This document shows positions 1 through 12,300 of a DNA stretch of 64,000 bases, in pieces. A model generated the notes under the pieces. That model was not told the DNA's origin. It searched no databases and was given only the letters and a program-made list of their open reading frames with translations. Source of the stretch: Antedon mediterranea (Eukaryota; Animalia; Echinodermata); the NCBI RefSeq assembly GCF_964355755.1, contig NC_092670.1, positions 16,106,795-16,170,794 of the forward strand, in the 5' to 3' direction. Every line of letters starts with the position of its first letter. The stretch's first letter is position 1. The position numbers and the translations under genes were made by a program.

Positions 1-1137
1 TACCAGTAGTCACACGTAAACCTCCTTCTGTACACCCGATCCGATGCAGCATGCCTATGATCGAAGATGTAGGAAATGAGCTATTGATGATATCACCAAT
101 CCAATTAGGCAATGATAATATTCAAATTAAACAAAAGAAAAATAGAGGTAACCGTGCGTTTTATTCAGACTAAAATAACCATGTTGTACATTGCTTTCCT
201 TCTTTATTCCTTCGTTTGATCATCCGCGCGCTCGACGTGCACTGTATATTTTCTTCTTAATAGCTATACAGGTATCCAATCTAACCACACAAATATGATG
301 TTTCTATCTTGTTTAAGCTACGTTCACACCAAGCCCGGATCCGGTCCGGTGGCTGGAGAAAAAATCATGGAAAATGGGTATAAGTGTTAAAGAATAGAAG
401 CGTTCACATCAAATCCGTCCGGATTTCGTACGATTTTTCTCCGGTGGACGGATTCGGAGTGATGGATTTGGAAGCCATTTCATTTGTAAAATCGTACAGA
501 TTTTTTCTTCTGACCAATCAGCGTTGAGTACTATGACCTTTATGATGTTTTTATCGTGTTTATCCACAGATCCGAAATGTCCGATCGAGTTACCTAACTT
601 TTCACCAACTGTAGTCTTCCATTTAAAAAACGGTACACCAGAACATGTATGGGAGAAGATGATATCGGAGGCTGGTGAATTTTACATGCATTCTTCGACA
701 CCTGATCTTAATTTAACCTACCAATACCAGAGGGTTGGTGAATCAATGTATAGAATGTACCCATCGATTGGACAAGGTGGACAACACCCATGGGTGAGAC
801 AAAGTTTCTTTAGACGCACATTCGTTGATGCACATAGCTATTCATTATGCTTATTATTCAATCATTTTGTTATTTTCAGAGTCGATTCACCTCCAATCTG
901 AGCCGCAGAATGCGTCACATCCGATGGAAAAGGAAGAAAAATGCTATCCTTGGCAAAACATCATCATCAAGACATAAATTTTTAATGACGTCACCAAATA
1001 CAACCCCGCCGATCAACGGCGATGAACCAATCATAGAGTACGAAACTAATGTTGAAGAGGAAATAAGGAAACAGATTACAAAGTTGGAAACAGAGGAAGA
1101 GGAGGAGGATGTGTCACCAGAAGCGTGTGTGTTGTAA
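1..1137 (+). CDS. 3' part of an uncharacterised spliced gene; exons <1..147, 570..793, 880..1137
   Basis: Open frame PVVTRKPPSVHPIRCSMPM...KNR ends at G|gtaacc (147). It joins in phase 1 to ccacag|ATCCG (DPKCPIELPNFSPTVVFHLKNG...YPSIGQGGQHPW|gtgag), then in phase 0 to tttcag|SRFTSNLSRRMRHIRWKRKK...EACVL*. AATAAA follows the stop directly. Confidence 0.7.
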
Positions 1138-1340
1138 ATAAAGTAACGTGTATATTACTATTCGTAAATATTGATGTTTGTTGTTGTGCAGGCGAAGGAG
1201 ATTTAAAACAAGAATAATAGATACATTATACAACATTAAAACATTTATTAGCACATTAAGTAGGCCTACAGTTTTACTATAGTAGTCGATTATGTAGTTT
1301 GAATAGCCAGAACATTACTGCTAAGTTACTCCAAGTATCA

Positions 1341-4300
1341 CTAAGGATCAAGGAAGTAAATTTGCTCAAATGATGAGATATCACCGGTATAAACAGGCTG
1401 GTAATTGTAGACTAGGTACTTGGATGCCTCCTCTTCACTCGAAAACCTATGGGTGCTTTTGCGGGCTATAGAAAAATGGAAGAATCGCACTATTATTATG
1501 CTGTAACAAATACAAATTATACGGCTTTTATTTATCGTGTGTGTTTCTGATGAGCGCCGCCTTTGACGTGTCACTGTGTTTAGCGTTGACGCGTAAAGGC
1601 CAACTCAGACAGCTGTTTAAAGTTCTCAGCTCCCGACGACCTAAAAACTACACCCGCCGCCGACGCTATTTCAAGACGAATTCGTATCGTCGGGATTCAA
1701 CTCAGACAGGACCGACGAGTCAAAACGTTTCGTCGTCGGGCCTCGTCGTACGATGCTCTCTGAGTTGGCCTTTAGGCAAGGTGACCACAGGCATCGCTTG
1801 GGAAAGATGGACATGTTTTTCGTTACTATTACTGTATTTTATACGCAATAATGATAGCTATGAGTTAGTCAGTTGTATTGGTTAGAAAAAAAATGGACGA
1901 ATAAATTTACCTTCATTGACCAGAAAATCAGCAACATATTGTGCTACAGCTGTTGCACGAAATGAGTGTGGGATGTTGTAGTCTTTTGAAGTATTCCATT
2001 CGAATAGATTCTTTTCAGGATGCCACTGGGTACCGTAGATTGGGTAATCATATGCTGTAGACAATAAAAAAAAAATAACTCTAACCAACAACGAGAAACC
2101 AACGCGATCGTGCTTTAATTTGAGGCCTGTGGACTTGAAAGGCAAGCATGTTAACCACCCATATATTGCTATACACTCCTCATGTACAAATCATATCTTA
2201 AGTAATATTTTTATTTAATACAATTATTTTAGTATCGAGCTGAATTATATTACCTTCAATTGTTGACAAAAACTCAATTCCTTGCCTATCAATTATTCAC
2301 CGATAAAACTCTGTAGAACTTTTCTAAACCGACCTTTGTAAAATTCTGTAAAATAAAATTAATGACATTTACTAAGTATTTTAAGTAATAATACGGTACC
2401 ATGATAACTTTTGAGGATTAGTTGAGCGAACTTGAGATTTACAACTTAATTCACTATAATCTGTGTTCAAGACGGAATTTTGACTTAATATTAGTAAAAA
2501 AGATAAATATTTTGGCACATAGGGCGTTTCATACGTATAAAAGATTTTTAAAAAACCTTGAAATTACTACAGACTTGGGGAAAGTCTATGCACACCTTTT
2601 GAGAAACTGAGTGCACGTGATTATTAAACGTAGTATTATGTTCCGTTAGCGCTTCTAAGACAGAGTATGGGGTTGTGTGTACGTTAAAAAGATTTCCATT
2701 GTCCATATCTGTACAAAAATAAATGAAACATTATTAGTGCGTATTATTAATTTGTTTTCCATTTCGGTGGACTGTATTTATTTATATTTTGCTCAGATCA
2801 TGTGAACATTAATATACTCATACTGTACTTTACCTGGAGTAAACTTCAAAGGAATTGCAAGATTTTCAGAGTCACTTCCATGTCTCATGATATCTTTTTT
2901 TATAGGTAATTGTGTTAAAAGTTGAAAGCCCAAACATATACCTAATATCGGGAAATAGTCTCCTGTTTTATCCATACCCTGTAAATGAAAAATGGTAAAA
3001 GATGACTAAAATGTATCGTGAGTAAAATTTGTTCAGCTTGGGGCGTAATCTTCTCCACACTTTAATCTAGATTGAATCTGAGTTATTGTGAGAAATTAGT
3101 TGTAGACCAGTTGGAAAACTTTAGAAGTCTACACTAGCAAAATTTAAATTGCCAAAAAAAAAACATATAAAAGTGTGGTGGTGTAAACTGTTTTAAAGAG
3201 AGGAGTAGTTAGGCCAGCCTACGTCGAGTTTAGTCATTGCAAATTAGACTGTATAGTTGTCTCATGAAAAACTATTTCACAGGCATGCTTTTAATTGTTA
3301 CTAGACAAAACACTTCAATGAGAAACAATAATAAAAGAAAACAAATCACCTACCTCAATAGACAAATCAAAAAATATTTTAGCTGTTTTGCCATAAGGCG
3401 ATTGAAGTAAATTGTTAACATCACCTCCGGGTAAAATCAACCTGAGAATTAAACAAAATGAAACTGTTAAAATACGGTTGGTATATGCCAATGTTAAAAT
3501 ACTGTTAAAACGATTAATTCAAAACAAAAATTACAATATAGAGTTATCGTCGAAAATTTGAACTACATGAATGCATTTACAACAATGGACTTTCTATAGT
3601 CTTAGTATAACTCTCCTCAAAATGGGTTTTCCGTAGTTAAAACATATTTTCTCTTATTCATTTTACACGGATCATGGAGTAACTCCATGCACGGATACTG
3701 GATAGGCTATCGAAGGTTGTTTACTGTACTAAAGAGAACCCTCTTTTGGGACACATCTTGTTTGTTGTTTGTTTGTTTGTAATATTTATTGCTTTCCATA
3801 AAACACAATACAATAACATAAGTTTGAAATTAACAAGATCAAACAAAAACTAAATTAAGGGCACACTTTGTTGAGTCTTAAAGTGTCCCCTTTAAGACTA
3901 TTATTAATACACAGTTACGTATATACATACCCATTTAACGAGTTAAATAGTTTGACATAATAATCCTGTTTCTCGTTATTCTTTACAAGCACGACACGGG
4001 CACCAGCACACTCGGCGAACTTTACGTATGACGCTGCCACGTACGACGAACCATATTTCGATATTATTGTATGATTGGTTATCGTTTCTGCCACTATACC
4101 TTCATAGAAAATAAAATAATTTAATTAGATCACTTTATTTCAGAATAAATATTTCATTTACTGTACAACAAAATATAATACAAACCAGAAAATCAAACAA
4201 ATAGGATTTTTTCCCACTTAGTATAGGCTAGAGATTTAAATATCGTTACAAATAGTTCGTAGTAGGCTACACCTAACCAGATCATTTTCACTATTCACAA

Positions 4301-4794
4301 CTTTTAATTTTAATAATAAATAATAGAGAATTGTTAATTAAATTAGTACAATAGTGATCTTGTCTAAGCATGCATAAATAAGTACCGGTACTTATTTTAT
4401 TCATAGCCTAAGCATGGAGCTGTCTGGGCTATCTCACTAACTATTGTAAAAAAGTAGCGAAGTTCTCATCAGTAACAGGCTAAATATATTAGGCTAACTA
4501 TAATTATTTCACATTTTTGCCGAGGGGATCGTGAGTTACTATGTCAGAATCAATTGTTATCCTAAATGTAATCGAATGTTTCTTACCTATATTTAATAAT
4601 TCGAATCGGATTATTAATTCAAATGTTTTGAAGTTTCCTTCACTACTTGTATCGACTGTTAAACAATTGTATTATTATAATGCGTAGACCTGTTTTATCA
4701 GTACTAGCTTACCTATTATAGGACGGTAATTCTTGTCTTGAGCATAGCACGCAAATGTCAAGAAGCAGCAGAACACAACTATGAAGATTCTCAT
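1341..4794 (-). pseudogene. GGH: Gamma-glutamyl hydrolase (peptidase C26) paralogue A, frameshifted as assembled; exons 4713..4794, 3931..4099, 3354..3441, 2834..2978, 2596..2708, 2254..2345, 1911..2054, 1341..1465
   Basis: Signal peptide MRIFIVVFCCFLTFACYA followed by RPIIG, YVAASYVKFAECAGARVV, LILPGGD, GDYFPILGICLGFQLL (catalytic Cys), YPIYGTQWHPEK (catalytic His) and ARKSTHRF. All introns are GT-AG. Exon 6 is 92 nt versus 91 nt in paralogue B, which gives TGA at 2289..2291. GGH identity is secure; pseudogene status is not (could be an assembly error). Confidence 0.8.
1597..1771. mobile_element. Harbinger/PIF-type MITE in the last intron of GGH-A
   Basis: Terminal inverted repeats AGGCCAACTCAGA...TCTGAGTTGGCCT flanked by TAA/TTA. 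The superfamily is inferred from the TWA target. Confidence 0.65.
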
Positions 4795-4937
4795 TTTAAG
4801 TATAGACGGACGGACGTTAGCCGTTCAGATGTGTTGTAGCAGCCAAGAATAAAACTGTAATGAGACTCACTAAACGTTGTTGAAAGTTTTATACAGAATC
4901 CGCATCAGATTCTATTATGAACTAACAACAATTAGAA

Positions 4938-5015
4938 GAAGAGTAGTGTGAACAACCATAAAGGAGAGGAGTGTGAACGACCAATAAAAAGAAGAGTGTG
5001 AACAACCAATAAAAG
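4938..5015. promoter_or_regulatory. Three ~23-27 bp tandem units (GAGTGTGAACAACCAATAAAA), two with CCAAT, upstream of GGH-A
   Basis: Repeats are seen directly about 150-220 bp upstream of the ATG at 4794. A regulatory role is inferred. Confidence 0.4.
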
Positions 5016-6318
5016 GCGTATTTAGCATTTCCCTGATTAATAACAATTATAAATACAATAGAGGGTTAGCCCTTGTGTGGGTGCAAAAGACGTGTTATTC
5101 AAATCAAAATCCAATTAGTATTGTTACACTTAATTATGTTTTGTTACAAATATTTATTTCTTTGATGGGAGCAACACACCTTTGATCCTAAACTTCATCG
5201 TTCACTCATAATCTTTTTATTTTTTTCAAAATAAAAACAATTTAGACACGAAATGAACCACCTAAAAGTAGTAGCTATTAACGGGTACTACATGTAAATG
5301 ATGCAAAATAATGGTTCATGTTCTACCAGATTTTAAGTGCCTTATGTTTTAACCGGGAAAGAGTTAACTCTTCCCTGGTTTTAACATATTGGAACGCGTG
5401 ACGATAAGAAAAATTGTTCAGCGTATCACTAAATGTAATATCACATCACTGTATACAAATACATAAACACTGGTGTTTCTAGAATGTAATTTGTAACAAA
5501 ACAATTTTAACTTTTTAAAGAGTTTTAATGTTACTGTTTATAACACTTTTACGGTCATTTTATAATGTATCTTTTTAATCGGATTTGCTGACAACCGACA
5601 TTTCTTTGTTTTTTTTTTACGAAGACAAATAACGTTTCTTGTATCTTGTATTTAACAACAATTTGTTTCTGAAAACAGAGAGTAAGTTTAAACATTTTAA
5701 TAATCATAATAAAAAACAAGACTCTAAATACATCCTTGTGTATAAAAATATACATATTCTATAAAGTATGTCTACATAATTTCATTGTAAACAACGTTTC
5801 CGTTCTGAAATTACCACAAATATTTTAAAAATATTAAAATATTTAATACAGTACTGTATATTATATTACATATATCTTGTATCTTGATAACATTTTATCA
5901 ATTATTCATTAAAACCTACTGCATAAGGACAGAAATTGTTATACATAATACAAATGTATACCAAATAGGGTAAGTCATTATAATAAAATGTTAAAATGTT
6001 ATAGAAACATTATTTATAAACTTAAAACTAGTTAATGATATTCATACAGAAGTAAAAATATCTTACATATCTAATACTGCACTATTCTAATGTGATTATT
6101 TGCTTTCACATATCTACTCATTTGCACCCATATGCAAGGTATACTTATGTTAAAACTGTTTAAATTCATTTGAAGAGTGGAAAATAAACGAAACGAAACA
6201 CCCTGCATTCCACCTCTGGATCTGCCAATGATAATAGCATTTTCTTTTCTTTCTAGAAAGAGTAATGAGTAATGTACTATATAAAGGTATTAGTAGAGTA
6301 CTATAGTGTTGGCAGGCA

Positions 6319-9300
6319 TTACACATCCAGGAAGTAACCTTGCTCAAAAGATGCTGCATCAGCAATATAAACAGCCTGGTTATTGTAGACCAGGTACTTA
6401 GACGCCTCATCTTCACTGGAGAACTTGTGGGTGCTCTTGCGTGCTGTTGAGTAATAACAGACAAGACTGTAAGTGTATTCAATTCTCAACTACTAATTTA
6501 ACAGCAAAATTTCATTAAATGATACCTTAATAAGTGTTTTATATAAGTTGTAATCTCATCAGCCGATTCTCAGTACTGTATCTATTTCCAAAGTATCATA
6601 GGAATATTTGGTGATACAACATCCCACGTGTTTCACAATGTATCTAGTAGTAACCTAACCCTTAACATAACCTTACATGATACAGGCCACATGTGATATA
6701 AATGAGATGCTGCACTTCCAAATATTCCTATGATACTTTGGAAATAGATAGTATGTGCAGTTAACAGCAATGGGAGAGAGAGGGGTCTACATCCAGACCA
6801 AAGTCTGCTTGTGATATCAGACATAAAGTAGGGGGTGGGGTTATACCGGAAGTGGGATTATACCCGGGGTGGGGTTATACCCGGGGTGGGGTTATACCCG
6901 GGGTGGGGTTATACCCGGGGTGGGGTTATACCCGGGGTGGGGTTATACCCGGGGTGGGGTTATACCCGGGGTGGGGTTATACCCGGGGTGGGGTTATACC
7001 CGAGGATATATGGTAATTCTATGATAATTAGAATTTTGAATAATACCTTCTCTGACGAAAAAGTTAGCAGTATGTTGCGCAACGGACACTGCCGCTGTGG
7101 AGTGTGGGATTGCTGAATCAGCATGTGGGTTCCATTCAAATATATTCTTTTCAGGATGCCATTGGACACCATAGATAGGATACTCAAATGCTATAGAGTA
7201 AAGAAAACAATTTAGTAATGGGATAATGGTATATTTGTAAGAACATTATTTTTAATGAAAATTTCATCCATGTAAAATAAGTTTATAAATAAATAAAAAA
7301 TAAATATTATTCATCAATTGAATGAAAACACCTGTAATGGGCAAAATGCATATAGGTAAAATAACTATACTTTTGCGACACCAAGAAGTGGTTCAGCCAT
7401 TTTGAACAGTAGGTCATTAGATTTGTGTCAACACTTCATGTTACCTAGGCCTGGCATGGCATAAATTTCAAAATCTTGGAACCAATATATGTTAGATATA
7501 TCAATTTATTGATTTTCTAAAATCAATAGGTATGGTCTGTTGGTATATACCTATTTGTGCGGGAAAACAACTGGACGATAACCATTGAATATACCTTGAA
7601 AATGCTTTGTAAGCAATTTGCCAAGTAAAATGTATTACTATATATACTGATACAATAATGACCACTTCTTACCTTCCATTGTTGAAATAAACTCAACTCC
7701 CTTTCTATCTTTATTCACAGATGTCACTCTGAAGAATTTATCAATGCCAAATGTAGTTAAATTCTGAAAATTAATGAATATAAATTACTTTCAATAAAAC
7801 ATATTATGATTCCCATTGTTTATCTAAATATACTGTAAAGCTCTGACTACACTATCAAACTAGTTTGACAAAAAAAGTGTGATTTGTCCAAATATGGTAG
7901 TGATATGCCTAAATATGGTAGTGGTATGACACCATCATGTCTATATATGGGCACATCACATTTTTGTTATCACATAATAGTGTAGACAGATAAAGAGCTT
8001 ATGAGAAGTAAAGCACAAAAAATATAACGATGCATTATGGAATTATTTGAACTCATCTTAAATGATTGTTTTGTACTGTATTTTGAGCATTTTACCGTAT
8101 ACCTATGTGAAACACTGGTGAAATATGATAACAATATGAAATAGATGGTTTATATTAAATAGTTTTTAAATATTTTAATAATTATAAAAATAATTTTAAA
8201 TATAAAATATAAGAATAACATTTTTGGTAAATACTAATACTACTTTACTATTTTAAAGCAAAATAAAAAATATTGAAAAAATAACAACAAGCCACAAGCT
8301 GTTACAGCACAACTCACTTACTGCATACATAGCTATAGATCTTTAAATAAAGTTGTTATTAATAAAATATATTATATAATTTATAATAAATAGTTAATTT
8401 TGTCAATATAAAATATAATAATACTCTTATACTAATACTACTAAATACTATTTTAAAGCAAAATAAAAGATATTGACAACATCATTAGTGAAATTATAAC
8501 AAGCCACAAGATGTTAAAGCAAAGCTGACATATATAGATAGATCTTTTAAATACAGTTGTTAATAATAATAAGCTAAGTTGTACAGTAAACCAACTCTAT
8601 GAGGTACATCTAAAATAAGATTTTAAAGAAAGCCACAAGAAAAAGCTTTATTAAAAAGAAAGAAGTTAGAATTAATTTCATTTTGACATCACACTCTTCT
8701 ATTCTACAATACGTATAATATGCTGTACACCATAGCATCAAGCAAGTGACATGCTAGCAATGTACTTTATACATAACCTCACCTTCATGGTGACACCAAA
8801 ATGATGAGCATTGTAAGTGCTATTTTCAGTTGTCATAGCTTTGAATACAAACCCAGAAGTTGTAAGAACATCAAAGATACGACTCTCAACAAAATCTGAT
8901 GTAAGTTAAAACATTACATATTAAATAAAAACTATCATTTTAAACTACTAAAGCTCTGTCTACACTATTATATCAAACTAGTTTGACAAAAAAAGTGTGA
9001 TATGCCCAAATATGGCAGTTATATACGCAAATATGGTAGTGATATGACATCAGCATGTCCATATATGGGCACATCACATTGTAGACAGAGCTTAAAGTAC
9101 TGACTCGGTTATAAGCTCTGCTTGCGCATTTGTTTGAGTTTGCATGAGAAACTAAAGCTCTGTCTACACTATCAAACTAGTTTGACAAAAAATTGTGTCC
9201 ACATGGACACATCACATTTTTTTGTCGTCACAGAAAGTTTGATAGTGTAGACAAGGCTTAAGGTAAATCAAAGCCTGTATCTTTTAAATAAACCATTATT

Positions 9301-12300
9301 TAGCATACAATAACTCCAAATACGAGGGGTCAGGTCCTTATTTAGCCAGGGTGAGAGCTTATACCTGTTTCAATACATAACTAAGATTTCGCACCTTTTG
9401 TGTGACCCCCCAACAATGGTGGTTGTAAGTAGTTTTATCTTTTGTGACTGCTTCAAGTACTTCAGGAGGAGTTGCAATCAAATCAAAGATACGGCTTCTA
9501 ATAAAATCTATGTTCAAATAGTATTACATATATTAAACAATTGTACAGTCATACTGTAATTTCTTTTAAAACAGGACAAATACATAATAATAATAATAAT
9601 AATGGAAATTTGTAAAGCGCAAGCATCCGTCTAAAAAAAGACGCTCACTGCGCTACACACATATATACAGTGGGGTAAAGGCTATAGCCACTCACTGGCT
9701 AAACCAAGAGGCCCCTGAGCTTAGGTGGCTCCTGAGCAGTGCCCAGAGGAAAAAACAGGCATTAAAATATGTTTTAAAAAGGCTAAAAACAACCAAGGCG
9801 TCCAGCGTTCGAGGGCCACTTAGGGTTCCTAAACCAGGAGCCTTGGGTCTCTACGTTACGCCACTGCATATGTATAAATATACACAAGGTAGTAACGGTA
9901 TTTGATGCGGTTACAAGATGGTCAGAGGCTTCAAGAACAGGGAGGGCAATTATTTATTTCAAATATATAATAGCACCTGAGGTGAGTTCCAATGGTAATG
10001 CAAGATTTTCTGCATCAATTCCACTAATCAGGATGTCTTTACCAGCAGCGAGTGATGCCAAAAGCTGATGACCCTCACATGTACCCCAGATCGGGAAGTA
10101 GTCGCCATTTTTCTTCATACCCTATAAAACACAGTATGTGGAATAATATGATATTATTTAAAGATGTATTGTTCCCCTGAAAAAATTATTTTTAAACATT
10201 TTTTGTTGTTGAATATGCCAATTTAATGTCACATAATAGTTATTCGCTATGACCAAAAATTGGATCGAGAAAAAAAATTGGTTATCTGAAAAAACTGTAA
10301 TTTAAAGCAAAAAATAGTCAAATTGACTGCCAGTCAATGTGTTTTTGGTTGAATTTAACCTTTTATTTGTCAATTTATAAGTGAAAACATTATTATGGTT
10401 TTTTTTTCTACGAAAGTGATTAACTAGATTAAAACTATAAAATAACATATTCAAAGTCTGATTTAATTAATCTTAATTGTTCATGTTTTTGGGAACAATG
10501 CATCTTTAACAATTGTTATTGTTTGAATTGTAGCCACCAGCCAGTTTATCTCTGAGAGTTCAAGGTAACTGGACAACCAACAATGAACAAGTTAACATGT
10601 AATCTGTGTATTTTTTAACAAATGTTGAATATCATACATTAATATTATTATGCAAGTCATAGGCTAAATAGTACGTCAGCTGATATCATCCATTCTTCGG
10701 TCAGTTAAACATTCTACTCTCTGTCTCGTGATGTCTGTTAATTCTCGATTATAGGAAAGGAGGTTTGAATCACATAGCTTAGTCCAATTTATGGATTTAT
10801 AAAAGAAAGGAATTTTTACCTCAATAGACATATCAAAAAATATTTTAGCAGCTTTTCCGTATCCAGAAGCAAGCACATCTAATTGGTCTCCTCCTGGCAA
10901 CAGAAGTCTGAAAAAAAAATTAATTAAAATATTTCATGAAACTGAAATTTAATTGGCTAACAATGGATATATTTATCTAGATTTGTCAGACAGTTTAACT
11001 ATATTTACCCATTTAGTGAGTTGAACAGTTTGATGTAGTAGTCATGAGATTGGTTTATCTTTACAAGAACGACTCTAGCACCCCCAGACTCCAGATATTT
11101 CACATATGATGCAACAACAACTGATGGACCGAACTTTACCAAACTATCATGAGTCTCTTGTGACATAACACCTGAAAAAATTGAAATTGGGTTTTTTAAT
11201 CTTAAAAATAAATTAAAATTATATGTAGACAAGCCCTGTCTACACTATCAAACTTTATGTGACAAAAAAATGTTATGTGCCGATATATGGGGCATGATGA
11301 ATGATGATATATCACTACCATATTTTGGCATATCACTACTAGTAGTACTATATTTGGGCACATCACACTTTTTTTTGTCACATAAAGTTTGATAAATGAA
11401 GACAGCGCTTTAGAAACCACAATTAATTTATTAAATTAAAAACAATAAAAATTAACAAAAATCATCCTCATTTGATTGACACTTACCTTCAAACAGCAGC
11501 TGCAGATAATAGTCAGGATACATGAAATGCTCACCAAGGCCATTATTAATCGACATATATTACTGATTAATTCAGCCTAGGCCTAGCTAGGCCTATCTAT
11601 ACTAGACTACTAACTAGTACTTGTTATAGATATCATGGCCTCATAAACCAGCCTGTGTGTTGCAGCAGGATATTATTTCCGCCTTCGCGTCGATGTAAAA
11701 TACACGGCGCTAGTTCCGTTTCGCACCTGTCGTTTATTTCGACTCAAAATTGGTTAAGTAACTTTATCGTGAGTACCACACCTTAGAATTAGGCCTCAAA
11801 AATACTTTTACGAAGGAGATCACACAAAAAGTAAAAAATAAATCCTTTAAATTGATAAATTCACAGACGTGTTTCTCGCATATCGGTTTGTGAATTTCGC
11901 ATACTCCATGTTCAATGTTGTTGTTTCTATGGAGCGCCAAAAGAGCAATCATAATTAGAGGGCTAAAAACTCAGTAAATTGCGTATATTTAATGCATTTA
12001 TTGGTGAAAATTACGTTCAATTTTATCATATTTTGTCAATGTCAACGCAACAAAAATATTACTGTTGATACTGTACATGGTTTTTGAAGGAACTTTTATT
12101 TTAGGAATGAAAATCGACAAATTCATTATCATATAAAATGTACTGCTGTAGGGGTATACCTGATCTAAATAATATTCCTCTTAGTCTATTTTCTTACTCT
12201 TAGTTAGGCCTAGGGTTGGTTGCTATTTGAAAACCGCAAATTATTAGCAGTAAAATGTTACAGCATTTTTATTGACAAAATATATTAAAATTAAACGTGT

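Noticed and set aside
1120-1137. C-terminal CaaX prenylation motif in the first gene (…EACVL*)
   Set aside because: The Cys is third from the end, not fourth.
6835-7116. Gly-rich ORF ([17 protein letters not shown])n
   Set aside because: It is the translation of the 17-bp minisatellite and runs antisense into a GGH exon.
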